A stretch of DNA of 64,000 nt from Mustelus asterias (taxonomy: Eukaryota), in NCBI RefSeq assembly GCF_964213995.1, contig NC_135807.1, forward strand, positions 47,554,001-47,618,000. The letters are read 5' to 3'. The position numbers and the translations under genes were made by a program. The notes beneath the pieces were generated by a model. It was not told the DNA's origin, searched no databases, and saw only the letters and a list, made by a program, of their open reading frames with translations. This document shows, piece by piece, positions 36,001 through 49,354 of this stretch. Position 1 is the stretch's first letter. Each line of letters begins with the position of its first letter.

Positions 36001-36800
36001 CATTATGATCACTGGATCCAAAGTGTTCCCTCACACTCACATCCATCACCTGTCCTAACTCATTTTCCAATAGGAGATCCAATATCGTATCCTCTCTAGT
36101 TGGCACCTCTATATACTGATGTAGAAAATTCTCCTGAACACATTTTACAAACTCTACCTCGTCTAAACCTTTAACAGTATGCGAGTCCCAATCTATATGT
36201 GGAAAATTAAAATCCCCTACTATCACAACTTTGTGTTTCTTGCAGTTGTCAGCTATTTCTCCGCTGATTTGCTCCTCCAATTCTCGCTGACTATTGGGTG
36301 GTCTATAATACAACCCCATTAATGTGGTCATACCTTTCCTGTTTCTCAGCTCCACCCATAGGGCCTCTGTAGACAAGCTCCCTAATCTATCCTGCCTGAG
36401 TACCGCTGTAACATTTTCCCTCACCAACAATGCCACCCCCCCCCCCCCCACCTTTTATTCCTCTGCCTCTATCCCGCCTGAAACATTGGAACCCTGGAAC
36501 ATCGAGCTGCCAGTCCTGCCCCTCCTGTAGCCAAGTTTCACTAATGGCTGTAATGTCATATTTCCATGTGTCTATCCACGCCTTCAGCTCATCTGCCTTC
36601 CCCACAATTCCCCTCATAATTTTGTACACCTCAATCAAATCACCCCTCAGCCTTCTTTGTTCCAAGGAAAATAACCCCAACCTATCCAATCTCTCCTCAC
36701 AGCTACATTTTTCTAGCCCCGGCAACATTCTTGTAAACCTCCTCTGCACTCTCTCCAGAACAGTTATGTCCTTCCTATCATGCGGTGATCAGAACTGCTC
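33001..36800 (-). mobile_element. Outer CR1 3' fragment (36800-36608 and 33345-33001), split by a younger CR1
   Basis: [13 protein letters not shown]...[11 protein letters not shown] resumes as VDRMKLFPLVENSKTRG beyond the insertion. Confidence 0.85.
33346..36607 (-). mobile_element. Near-complete CR1 ORF2 (APE endonuclease + RT), frameshifted, with (TTCTATGG)n tail
   Basis: AISETWL, YYRPPNS, VGDFNFP, SSDHN, NYRPVSLTS, YLDFSKAFDKV, GVPQGSVLGP, FADD; ORFs 35801-36451, 34802-35311, 33790-34866, 33428-33775. Confidence 0.97.
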
Positions 36801-37144
36801 ATGCAGGCAAGGGCCCTGCTGTCATTAGCAGATCGGGTAAGATATTTAAACCTTTGATGGCCCAGTGCTGAAGGGTTGTCTTTCCCTGCTCCTCATCTTT
36901 CCTCATCGGCTGCTCCAGGGAAATGCCATCAATTGGCTGGCGGTTTCCTCATACGGTGGGGTGGGGGTGGATTTGCCTTCAGCATCATTAAGTCATGAAA
37001 TTCTCCAATGGTGGGACTAGGCACATTCCTGGAGGTCTCATCACAAGACTTGCCCCCACACCCCTGCCATTGGTTGGCCAACACAGCCATCCTTGTGCCT
37101 TACAATCTTTCTATGCCAATTGGAAAGCACAAGGACTCAGTACC

Positions 37145-37785
37145 AGGAATGTAGGAACCAGGAGCAGAAGTAGATCATTTGGCCCATCCAGCCTGCTCTA
37201 CTATTCAAATAGATCATGGCTGATCATCTATCTTTTATGCCATTTTTCCCCACTATTCCCATACCCCTTGATGTATCCAGAAATCCATTGATTTCTGCCT
37301 TGGACAAGCTCAATGATTGCGCTTCCAAAGCCCTCTGGGGTAGAGAATTCCAAAGATTGCCCACCCTCTGAGTGAAAAAATTTCTCCTCACTTCAGTCTT
37401 AACTGGCCTGCCCCTTATTCTGAAACCTTGTTCCCTGTGTTCCAGATTCACCAGGCAGGGGAAACATCCGATCTACATCTACTGTTACACCCCGTAAGAA
37501 TTTTGTACCTCATTCTTCAAAACTCTAGGGAATACATGTCCAGGTTCCTCAATTTCTCAAAAGGACAGCAGATTTACTTCCCGAAAAGACATTAATGAAC
37601 CAGATGGGTTTTTACAACAATCAATGATTGTCATGGTCAACATTACTGAGAGAGTAGTATTCGCTTTATATCTCAAACTTAATAATTGAATTTAAATTCC
37701 AGCAGGGACCATGGAGGGATTTGAACCCTTTGTTCTCTGGATTACTAGCCCAGTGACGTTACTACTATGCTATTGTCTTCCCATT
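37145..37785 (-). mobile_element. CR1 3' end (37145-37565) followed by the 5' part of a family C SINE (37570-37785)
   Basis: KTEVRRNFFTQRVGNLWNSLPQR; GAACCAGATGGGTTTTTACAACAATC core. Confidence 0.75.
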
Positions 37786-38696
37786 CCATCCTGCTCGGAA
37801 TGCTGTCAGTCAAAAAGGGAGGCGGCGACGCACTGGCATGGTCACTGGATTAGCAATCCAGAGACCCAGGGAATCCCCACAACAGATTCATGTCTGGGTT
37901 CTTGTCTGGTTCACAAAGAGATTTGAAAATACGGCCAGGAGGGAATATATAGCAAGGGGGGACCTGTTAATTATGTTAAAATAATTGAGTTTCTCATCCT
38001 TTGTGGGCGCGAACTTCACTACGAGAGCCAGGAAAAATCACGGAATGCAATCTCTCCGGAGAGAATCGTGTTTCCCAATTCTCTCCAGATTTTCAGTCCA
38101 CATCACTGTTCTTTTAGATGGAGAACACAGGCTGAAAATCGCTCCCTACATCTTCCCCAATTCAGTTGGGACAATCCATACCTGCGTGCAAAAAACAATG
38201 CTGAATTCGATAACAACACATTGAATATTTAAATTGCATAAGGCAAGGGTTTGGGCCAAAAAGCATGGAACATAATCCAAGTGTGTCCCTCCCCCAACCC
38301 CTTTTGAAAAAAATGGCACATATATACACTTCAGTCAGTACGTAGCTGTTGAGCTTGGGGTTTGGTCTGCTCAGAATCCCAGGTGTGTAATTACACCAGT
38401 TGACTGTGCTGGGGATGCACCCAGGTTATTTTCCACATGGTGGGTGGCATCAGATGTGCCTGGGGTGTGCACAGTGGCTGCAGGATTTGCTGGATTAGTA
38501 GCAGGAAGGAGTTCCAACTCCACCAGTGCAGGGATGCAGATTGTGGATTCGGTGGCAGTTGGTGGGTGCTGGTTTGGGTACCCATAACAGATGATGCCAG
38601 TTCCTGACATACAGGGCACCATCAGAGGTGACCACAGAACTGCTTGGTTGGTGGGCATGGCTGTAGACCACTGCCAGTTTGTCATAGCTGTGTGTC

Positions 38697-38955
38697 ATCA
38701 TAGAATCCCTACAGTGCAGAAGGATGCCATTTGGCCCATCGAGTCTGCACCAACCACAATCCCACCCTGGCCCTATCCCTGCAACCCCATGTATTTACTC
38801 CGCTAATCTCCCTGACACTAAAGGGCAATTTACCATGGTCAATCCACCTAACCCACACATCTTTGGAGTGTGGGAGGAAACCGGAGCACCCGGAGGAAAC
38901 CCACGCAGACACGAGCAGAATGTGCAAACTCCACACAGACAGTCACCCAAGCCCA
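38697..38955 (-). mobile_element. 5'-truncated HE1-type SINE inside the Gypsy element
   Basis: Core plus CR1-type tail. Confidence 0.88.
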
Positions 38956-40708
38956 GGGGTTTGCATTTTGACTGTCTGGACCGGCTCCTGAATGCAGCGT
39001 TTGCTGGCGTTACGGTCATAATATCTCTTCCCTCTTTGTCGTCACTTCAGGAGGGCTTCCCGCACATTTGTTTCCATTTTGGATTGCAACAGGACCGTGG
39101 CAACTGGGATTTGGTTCTAAAGAACATTCTCTGTGCTGTCAAAGGCAGGCCCTGTCTTGGCAGATTACACAGGCTAAGTAGAGCAGTATAGAGGTCTGTC
39201 ATGTCATGGAAACATTTTTCAAGGAGGTGCTTTGCTGAGCATACTTCACACTCCGCCAAACCATTCCACTGCAGGCTTAGGGGACTCTTGGAATTTGTTC
39301 AAAGTCCCACGAATGCACAAAGTCCTTGAACTCCCTGGAGACAAACTGCCGAGTGTTTTCCGCCATTTCATCATCATTGGCCAATGTGGAATGCCATGTG
39401 CAGCAAAGCGTCTCTTCAGCTTCCAAATTATTGTGGTGCTCTTTATGTTGGGCAAGTAATCAACTTCATACCATCCGGAGAATAAATCAACTGGGCCAGA
39501 TGCTGTCTCCCATTCAACTCAGATATATCTGTCGTGGTGAGTGATCATGGAAGATCTGGGACTCATGGCAGTGCAGTGCTTTGGTTTGATTAGGCTTGAG
39601 CGTGTTGCATGGTACACATTTGGACACAACCCCCTCTATGTCAGCGTGCATTGAGGGCCAGTACATGGTTTTCTTTGCCCTACACTTTGTTGCTTCCACC
39701 CTTGGAGGAGTTGTTGGATGTAGTACTTCTGTAGCGAGCTGTGGATGATGAACCACTGGCCATGCAGTATCAGTCCACCTTGCATGATTAACTCCTCTCT
39801 CATGGGGTAAAAAGTGAGGAGTTCGTGGGGAAGCTCCTTTGACATTCAAGGCCTATCTTTCAGGATTATGTCATGGAGCTGCCTACATGTGTGATCCCTG
39901 TGGAGGGAAGCTTTGATTTCCTCAATTCTGCGGGATGGCAGCATTTGAATTGTCACAATAACAATGTCCTCCTCACGAACTGCATGCTAAGTGGTGGGTA
40001 AGTAAATCCTGGAGAGGGCACCGGTGGGGTATAGCTCCTTACTGTGCTTGTAGATCACACTGAGGTTGTAAGGTTGGAGCTGGAGTGCCATTCACTGCAG
40101 GCGTGGTGACGTAGTATGGAGGATGGTGATGACCAGCTGGTGATCAGTTTTAACATTGGCAGGGGCGACCATAGATCAAATCCTGGAACTTCTGACATGC
40201 GGAAACTAGGGCAAGGAGTCCCTTCTCGATCTGGGCATAGCGAGTTTCTGTGTCAGTGAGGGCCCTCGATGCAATAGTTACTGGTCTCTCACTCTAGATG
40301 TACACTGCTGAGAGGTGTCTGCTGATAAGAGTACAGATGCTCGGACGGTGAAGTACTGGAACACTGGAGGGGCTGACAGCAGATCCTTGGATTTGTTGAA
40401 TCAGCATTGTGGTGCTCTGCCAACATCATTCTACATCCTGGTGGAGTAATTGATGCAGGGATCCAATTACTCTCAGTGTAACAGGGAATGAACTTTGATA
40501 GATAATTCATCATGCTGAGGAAACACTGCAGCTCCATGCTTGTCCTCAGGAGTGGACATTTGTCTTTTAGTTGTCTTATCCAGTCTGGATTCACACCAGC
40601 GCTGTAAGCAGATGGCCCTTGTAGGGGACCTGGCTGAAGCTGAATCTGCATTTAGCAGTGTTGAGCGTCAACTGTATAGCCATGACCGTGTCGAGGAACA
40701 AGTGCAGA

Positions 40709-41010
40709 GTCATAGAATCCCTATAGTACAGAAGGCGGCCATTCGCCCATTTACTCTGCACCGATCACAATCCCACCCAGACCCTATTCCCATAACCCCA
40801 AAATTTACTCTGCTAATCCCCTGACACTAGGGGCAATTTAGCATGGCTAATCAACCTAACCTGCACATCTTTGGAGTGTGGGAGGAAACCGGAGCACCCG
40901 GAGGAAACCCACACAGACACGGGGAGAATGCGCAAATTCCATACAGTCACCCGAGGCTGGAATCGCTGGCTCTGTGAGGCAGCAGTGCTAACCACTGTGC
41001 CACCGTGCCG
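40709..41010 (-). mobile_element. HE1-type SINE inside the Gypsy element
   Basis: Head, core and CR1-type tail. Confidence 0.88.
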
Positions 41011-43059
41011 TCATGTTCTTGCATTCTTCAAACCCAGACCAGGATGTCATCAACGGCGATTTCACAGAGTTGCCCTGCATAGAGTCTTTCCGTAGACCAT
41101 TGGAAGACCTCACTACCAGTGGACATAGTGTAGGGCATGCAGAAGAACCCACCTACTGGCGATATGAGCATTGTGAGCTTCGAAGATTCTTCATCCAGCG
41201 AGATTTGTCAAAATCTGCATTTGCTGGTTCTTGAACCACTATAGCTCACATAGTGTAGGTTCACTCACTGTGCAGTTAGGGAGGGAGCTCCAGGATTTTG
41301 ACCCTGTGACAGTGAAGGAATGGTGGTACATTTCCGAGTCAGGATGGCGAGTTGTTTGGAGGGGAAATCTACATTTTAATTTTGTTGAGGGCCTATGACA
41401 TTATGATAAGCAGGGGCACTGACCTCTTTCCCCCATGTTGCAGCACAGCTGGTCTGGTGACCAGTATTCCTGACCTCCATCAGTGGCCACTCAAACACTT
41501 ACTCACTCTTTCAACATATATTCACCAGTTATAACTGGTGCTATTTAAATCTATAGCCAGATGTGATCTATTGGAATGTTATAATTGCAATAGTTTTGAT
41601 ACTATCATTGCAATAGTTTTGATGTTATATAATAACTGTACAAGCACACTATTATTTATTCACTCAGATTCGAATATGCGTGCTCAATATCAATTTATAA
41701 AAAGACAAATTGCTGTACAACAGTTTTGCACAAAGCACAGACCAGCAAAACATTAGTGTTTAATCAGGGAAAGCTGCAGACTTGCTGCCTGGCAAATTTG
41801 TTAGTTAATCAATGAGTCTATTAATTTAGAAAGTTTTGGTAATTACATCTACCTCTTCCCTTCCATTGATTTCCATTAAAACTTCCAAGGAAAAGAAAGT
41901 ACACTGAATCTAGTCATAAACTAACCACTTACCATATACAACTGATACAGCTTTAATGACAGTGCACCTTGATAGGCATTTCTGTGCCAAATTAAATAGT
42001 TTAGCATTCATTAATTAATGATGGGATCTGTAGCTAGTTTATGGAATCTCAGAACATACATTTTACAAGTTAATTTCTGTCCTAGTTCTGATAGCATGTG
42101 GCTTTGCATTGTTCTGCTTAATACACTAAGGTGACATGCAAGCTAACCTGAATATGAGGTCTAAAATATTGTACTAATAAGGGGGAAATCAATTTGTGTT
42201 TTCCTTATGAATCAATTTAAACTTGCTTCCAGCTGATTGCTTGAATCACAGTACTTCTCCCCAATATTCTGTTTATCATTCAAGCATGCAAGAATTTAAT
42301 ACCTGACCTGCTTTTAGCTTTTAAATGCAGCATGCATCAAGTCCTTTAATAAATTCCGGACATACTTCTGGAACCATAATCTCGAAGATGATGTCTGGTG
42401 ATCCTACTACAAGAAAGTAACATTGCTTCAATTTCTCATTCGCAAGCACTTCAATTAATTGACTGTTATCCAATTGCTGCTCTCTGTTGGTAGTTGATCG
42501 TGATGAAATTCTGTAAGTAACTTAAATCACAATCCAGGACTTCAAAATTGCTTTAGTCTAGTTAACTTGGCAACTTCATTTTTTTTTACTTTGACCGGTG
42601 CAGATGCATTCCATTCAAAGCATTCTTGGCAAGGGCTTTAGTTTCCCTTTGCACTTTTAGATAAGCAGTGTTAATGTTTATGTTTCAAAGTTTGAATTAT
42701 CATTGTATGTATTATACTCAACTAAACATTTTTTTATTCAATCATGGGACATGGATGTCGCTGGCTTGTCAGCATTTATTGTCCATCCCTAATTGCCCTT
42801 GAGAAAGTGGTGGTGAACTGCCTTCTTGAAACGCTGCAGTCCATGTGCTGTGGGTTGATCCACAATGCCATATTCAGAAATAAATAGTAAACCTCAGCAC
42901 CATGCAGATAATGAACATTAGAACATGTTAGATGCCTCACAACTTGTAATATATGAAAATGCTGAAGCTGTGTCCTGCTTTGCTTTAACATTTGCAACCT
43001 AATTTTAGCTTGTCTGGAATTACCTATTATCATTCCCTCAGCACGGTTAATATAGATTA

Positions 43060-43551
43060 GTCCACTACGAATCTCACCAACTTTTACAGATGCATGTATC
43101 ACAGCTTGGTGTGGCTTCTGCTTGACCAAGGCTGCAAGAAACTACAAAGGGTCGTGAACGAAGCCCAATCCATCACGCAAACCAGCCTCCCATCCCTTGA
43201 CTCTGTCTACACTTTCCGCCGCCTCGGCAAAGCAGCCAGCATAATCAAGGGCCCCACGCACCCTGGACATTCTCTCTTCCACCTTCTTCCATCAGGAAAA
43301 AGATACAAAAGTCTGAGGTCATGTACCAACCGACTCAAGAACAGCTTCTTCCCTGCTGCCATCAGACTTTTGAATGGAACTACCTTATATTAAGTTGACC
43401 TTTCTCTATACCCTAGCTATGGCTGTAACACTACATTCCGCACCCTCTCCTTTCCTTCCCTATGTACGGTATGCTTTGTCTGTATAGTGTGCAAAAAAAA
43501 ATACTTTTCACTGTGTGTTTATACACGTGACAATAATAAATCAAACCAAAA
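43060..43551 (+). mobile_element. Rex1/Babar LINE 3' end
   Basis: KKLQRVVNEAQSIT...HPGHSLFHLLPSGKRY...RLKNSFFPAAIRLLN; TSD AGATTA at 43054-43059 and 43552-43557. Confidence 0.9.
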
Positions 43552-44609
43552 AGATTACTATTCAACAAAACCTGCACCTATTTTGGATAAGGGGATACAA
43601 TTTCTACACGGATGTAATGGTTATTCTAACACAATGCTTTGGTCGAACCAGTCGAACAGAGGAATTTCAAAAGCTATCTATGCCTGGTACACATCAAGTT
43701 TTTGTGATCTCTTATTTTAAAATTAAAAATTGCCATGGAAGCTCCACAAAAAACTGACCCATCCCCTCCAGACCAAATTAATCACCATGGTATCTTTCAA
43801 CTCATTGTACCCATTTCTAGGCCTTTGAGAAAGCTCTTAACATCAAGCTATCTTTTAGGTCAAGAGATGCCTTTTAAAAGCTCTTAAATATTAACCATAT
43901 TTAAATACTAGGCAACTGCCTATTGTACATCAATGAACTAGAAAATTACTCTGTATAAGTTTTTAAAATGTCATCTTCAATTATTTAAAAACAGGCTACT
44001 CTCAGATTTTGGACTAGGCACTTATTAAAAATATTTTTTTTGCGATAAATCCATTTTCAGCTGCTCTGGTAAAATGATACTAAGTTTCTACTCTTAAATA
44101 TACCAAAGAATAATTTTAATGCAAGAAAAATAATAAATTAGTCCTAAAGCTCTGATCAAAATATTCCATCGCTTTCTAGATGTGTCCAAAGTCATTGCTA
44201 TTGTTTAGTGAATGACGTTTAGAATTTGATTGTTGAAGAGAGATCTGCCTCCTTCACCGCAACAGAAAGAAGGGAGGCTGTAAATATAAAAGCAGAAGAG
44301 ATAGGAAAAGGCAGGCCACAGCTCTGCCCTCCCATTCAATAAGAACATGACAGACTTTCCACATCCACTCCACTTTCCCACCCTGATTCCCTTGGTGTTC
44401 AAACATCTATCAATCTCAGTTTTACCTGCACCATACCACTGAGTATCCACAGGCCTATGAGGTAGAGATGCATACAACTGCTATCAGGACTTATATCAGT
44501 GCAGCAATTCATTTGCTTTTTGGTGGCATGTACGTGTGTTAAATCAATGCTTTCACTTATCAGAGTTAAGTGGTATATTTTTGAGCTGCTTTAATGATTG
44601 ATAGCCTAT

Positions 44610-44900
44610 TTTAAGTTTATTTATTAGTGTCACAATTAGCTTACATTAACACTGCAATGAAGTCACTGTGAAAATCCCCTAGTTGCCACACACCGGCGCC
44701 TGTTTGGGTACACTGAGGGAAAATTTAGCATGGCCAATGCACCTAACCAGCACATCTTTTGGACTGTGGGAGGAAACTGGAGCACCCAGAGGAAGCCCAC
44801 GCAGACACAGGGAGGACGTGCAGACTCCACACGGACAATGACCCAAGCCGGGAATCACCTGGGCGCTGTGAGGCAGTGCCAACCACTGTGCCACCATGCC
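44610..44900 (-). mobile_element. V-SINE-type SINE, tail B
   Basis: Reverse complement of the 32156-32453 family. Confidence 0.88.
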
Positions 44901-45189
44901 GCTTTTCACTTACTTAAATAGCTTACGATGCGTATCCTGGGATAGACTTGACAATTTGGAACAGTTGAATAGAGTGCCAGACAATCTTGTGAATGGTACA
45001 CGTCCCCCTATGGGGACCTCACCCCTCCACCCTGGCTCTGTGTAGGGCTGGGATCTGCAAATTGTCTTGATGCCTAAAACTTTTCTAAGAGCAGAAGATT
45101 CTGCCCACTATTTCTAAATATGAACCAGGGCTTAAAAAATGTTTTGGAAGTAGCTATAAAAAACCCACATCGAAATGTGCTTCCAATTC

Positions 45190-45660
45190 CACTGTGCCTC
45201 AAAGTGAATCAGTAATTAAAGCACATTTATGCAGCATGTTGTTTAATGGGCTGCGCCTGCTTAAGGAGACCGAGCACTGATTACAATCAAAGCCCAGACC
45301 TCCATAAGAAAGAAAATGCAGACCAACGTGAACAGAATTTAAAATGTTAGCAATGAATAATGAAACGATGACAATTTTCCTTCAGAAGGTGAATTGTCAG
45401 CCCATTAATTACAGCTACGGACTGAGGTGAGAGGCTTAGCTAAGGAGAAGAAGAGAAGATTGGCAGTGGTTGCACATATGTAAAAAGAGCAAACTGATTA
45501 ATCGCGGAATAGTGCTGTCGAGATTGTTGAAGCCCTATTCTTTGGACTCTAAAGTCAGGTGTGCAATTCAGAAATGGTAAGAATCAATACACAGAAAAGT
45601 AAAAGACTAAAATATAAAATATTCTACCAGTGATTAGTGTCCAAGTAATATTATCCATTA
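45190..45660 (+). repeat. Old segmental duplicate, copy 1 (left part)
   Basis: Aligns to 59620-60095, e.g. AGAAAATGCAGACCAAC, ACAATTTTCCTTCAGAAG.TGAATTGTCA, GACTGAGGTGAGA, ATATTCTA.CAGTGATT. Confidence 0.85.
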
Positions 45661-45819
45661 TGTCTTCTGGTTCCCATAAGTTAGAAATAATTCCTTTCTA
45701 TGGACTGATAGACTTTGTTACTCTGCACATGGCTGCAATGCAGCAGTGAATGTGGCACCATGGAATATATATTCACAGAACAAATAGTTCCTACTTCTTG
45801 ATGAGTAATATAACATTAT

Positions 45820-46000
45820 TGTAGACTGAGTGGTCATGTGAGAACATAATGCCGTGGCTACAATAGAGGTCACAAGGTGGGTGTTATCCGCAGGAGTGTG
45901 GGCACAGCACAAGTGTTGATGTAGCTGCTAAGCTAGTGAATAAACTGCTCTTCGTTGAAAGTCCTTGCTGCCAGTGGTTCAGGAACCCATTACTTTTACA
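45820..46000 (+). repeat. 5' LTR
   Basis: TGTAG...TTTACA with AATAAA; pairs with 51588-51776. Confidence 0.85.
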
Positions 46001-46547
46001 TGGATCAGAAGTTGGCAGTATGGCACAAGGCCTTCTCCGCAACAAATGCAGGAAATGGAACCACTTTGCTCAGTGATCAAAACCACAGCAGCATTTCCCT
46101 GCCATCAGCAACATGGCAGCTGGCAGGTTCTCCATGAGTAGCAGCATCAGTCAGGTGAACTAACTGGAGCTCAGCCAAAGCAACAAAGCTACAGAGCTTC
46201 AAACAACACTCTACTGTGAGAGTGTTCACAGGAAAAGGTGAGATCTTCACCACCCACAACACAACTGGCAACAACACAAGACTGAAGGTAAAGATTGACA
46301 CTGGGACAATGTGCAATGTATTATCCAGCCGGATGTTACAGGAACTAGACCCATTTGCAGCACCTGACCCAGCACCCAGGCGAACTGCATGGCCAATGGC
46401 AGACAAGCCCAAGATTTGCTACCCTCCACTGCACACAGGGCAATTTCAAGTTTTATATAGTTGATCAGAATGTAAGATGTGTTCGGGACAGCATGACATT
46501 GGGGTCATTCAACTTGGTCCAGAAGTGTATGCCCTACAACTCCAAGC

Positions 46548-47043
46548 CCCACTTTTACAGAAGCAGCATAGAAAGCATTCTTTCTGGTTGCATCACAGCT
46601 TGGTATGGCTCCTGCTCTGCCCAAGACCGCAAGAAACTACAAAAGGTCGTGAATGTAGCCCAATCCATCATGCAAACCAGCCTCCCATCCATTGACTCTG
46701 TCTACACTTCCCGCTGCCTCAGAAAAGCAGCCAGCATAGTTAAGGACCCGGCGCAGCCCAGACATTCTCTCTTCCGCCTTCTTCCATTGGGAAAAAGATA
46801 CAAAAGTCTGAGGTCACGTACCAACCGACTCAAGAACAGCTTCATCCCTGCTGCCGTCAGACTTTTGAATGGACTTACCTTGCATTAAGTTGATCTTCCC
46901 CTAGCTATGACTGTAACACTACATTCTGCACTCTCTCATTTCCTTCTCTATGAATGGTATGCTTTGTCTGCATAGCGCACAAGAAACAATACTTTTCACT
47001 GTATGTTAATACATGTGACAATAATAAATCAAAATCAAATCAA
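46548..47043 (+). mobile_element. Rex1/Babar 3' end nested in Gypsy
   Basis: FYRSSIESILSGCITAWYG...RLKNSFIPAAVRLLNG plus (AAATC)n tail. Confidence 0.9.
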
Positions 47044-47339
47044 AAAGATGGCAGCTTCAACTGTGGCATCATTGGTAAGCTACCAGTTGTGTGCCACATG
47101 AGACTAGATGATTTGATGCCACTAACAGTCTGTGCTCTGAGAAGAGTAACAGTATCCATGAAACAGAAAGTAGTCAATGAGCTGCATCGGATGACAGCAC
47201 CAGGTGTCATAACTTCTGTAGATAAGGCCACAGAATGGGTTTCAGGAATGGTGGCAGCAGTAAAGAAAGAGGCATGGTCAGGGTATGCATTGACTCAGTG
47301 CACTTGAGCAAGGCCTGTGAACATAGTTTAAGTTTTCTT

Positions 47340-47590
47340 AAGTTTAAGTTTATTTATTCATGTCACAAGTAGGCTTACATTAACACTGCAATGAAGTTAC
47401 TGTGAAAATCCCCTAGTCTCCACACTCCAGTGCCTGTTCGGGTGCACTGAGGGAGAATTTTGCATGGCCAATGCATCCAACCAGCACATCTTTCAGACTG
47501 TGGGAGGAAACCAGAGAACCCGAAGGAAACCCATGCAGACACTTGGAGAACGTGCAGACTCCGCACAGACAGTGACCCAAGCCGGGATTC
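47340..47590 (-). mobile_element. 5'-truncated V-SINE-type SINE, tail B
   Basis: Tail B plus core. Confidence 0.85.
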
Positions 47591-47594
47591 GAAG

Positions 47595-48812
47595 AGAAAG
47601 CATTTGATAAGGCGCCACACTAAGGGTCAATACAAGGTAAGATCCCAGGAATTAGGGGTAATTTATTAGCTTGGATCTTTTTCTGGTTGGCAAGATGTAA
47701 CTAATGGGGTTCCACAGGGTTCAGTCTTCAGGCCCCAACTATTTACAATCGATCTTAATGATTTGAAAGTAGGGATAGAAAACTTGTCATCCAAAAACTT
47801 GTCGCCAAGTTTTCAGATGACACTAAAATAGGTAGTATAGTAAGTTGTGATAAAGAAATAAGCAACTTATAAATGGATATGGATAGGTTAGGTGAATGGG
47901 CCAAAATTTGGCAGATGGAGTTTAACTTGGATAAGTGTGAGGTTATTCATTTTGGTCGAAAAAATGGAAAAGCAATTTATAATCTAAATGGAAGGATACA
48001 TCAGAGCGCTTCAGTGCAGGGGGATTTGGGTGTCCTCGTGCAAGTCGCAGAAAACTGGTATGCAGGTACAACAGGTAATAGGGAAGGTAAATGGAATTTT
48101 GAAGAGAGTATAAAAGTAGGGAAGTGTTTCTGCTACTGTACAAGGCATTAGTGAGACTGCAGTTGGATTACTGTGTACAGTTTTGTTCCCCTTATTTGAG
48201 AAGGGATGTAGGCCGGAATTCTCCGATCTTGACTGCAGCTGGAATTCTCTGGTCCCATGACAGTGAATGAAGATTTGGCTGAGTGCCAAATGCTCCATTC
48301 TCGCTGGCAGTGGGAGCTGGGCATGTGAGACTGGAGAATTCCGGCTGAGTTGCATCAGAGGCAGTTCAGGGGAGGTTCACTAGATTGATTCCAGAATTTA
48401 GAGTTTAGAAAAATGAGAGGAGAACTAATTGAAGTATATTAGCTGCTAAAGGGGGATTGACAAAGTAGACATAGAGTGGCTGCTTCTTCTTGTGGGGCAA
48501 TTTAGAACAAGAGGCCATGGTTTTAGGATAAGGGGTAGCAGATTCAAAACAGAGATGAGGAGAAATCACTTCTCCCAAAGGGTCGTGAAATTGGGGATTT
48601 CACTACATCAAAGTGTGGTGGAAGCTGAGACATTGAGTAAATTTAAAGAGGAGATAAACAAATGCTTAATTAGTAATGGGTTGAAGGTTTAGGGAGAATG
48701 GGCAGGAAAGTGGAGTTGAGGCCGTGACAAGATCAGCTATGATCATTTTGAATGGCGGAGCAGGCTCGAGTGGCTGAGTTGCCTACTCTCGCTCAGAGTT
48801 CTTATGTTCCTA
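47595..48812 (+). mobile_element. Degraded CR1 3' half, interrupted by a MITE at 48211-48346
   Basis: GVPQGSV; FSDDTK; DRLGEWAKIWQMEFNLDKC; MITE TIRs GGCCGGAATTCTCC / GGAGAATTCCGGCT. Confidence 0.88.
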
Positions 48813-49354
48813 TTACAGACCAGGCAGATTGTGAGGAAAACATAGGCAATATGACAATAGAGGTGCTGTCCTCTCATCAAATTCAGGAACTCAAAGATGC
48901 TTTACAGTGAACATCGCATGCAGACAATTGCATGATATCATCATGAAGGGCTGGCCAGAGTCCTCAAGATAGCTTCCCCATGAGCTCCACATATTCTTCT
49001 CCATCAGGGATAAACTAACTGGACAATATGAACGAATACTGCATGGCCAGTGCTTCATCATCCTTCTGCTCTTTGAGCTACTGAACCCAACCTTTTCAGC
49101 AAGGAGGTTTCCAGATGTGTACAATGAAAGGCACTCAAGCCGCATTAAGCAAAAGAACCACTGCATTTACACAATATCCCAGACTTCCCATGGTCATACA
49201 CAATAGCTGATATCTTTGAATGAATGGTAAACAACATTTAGACTTAGTTAATTCATATTCCAGGTGGCTTGAACTCAACTACCTACCAAATATGATGAGT
49301 AATACAATCGTTATCAAGCTCAAAATCACCGCACATGAAATCCCTCAGAGACTT

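Larger units (their letters stand above)
38330..41235 (-). mobile_element. Decayed Gypsy internal region (gag remnant, RT end, RNase H, integrase)
   Basis: ALTDTETRYAQIEK; VEATKCRAKKTMYWPSM...CVPCN; KLKRRFAAHGIP; DGALYVRNWHHLL. Confidence 0.88.

Noticed and set aside
46355-46888. 177-aa ORF as a host gene
   Set aside because: Chimera of out-of-frame Gypsy sequence and a Rex1 C-terminus
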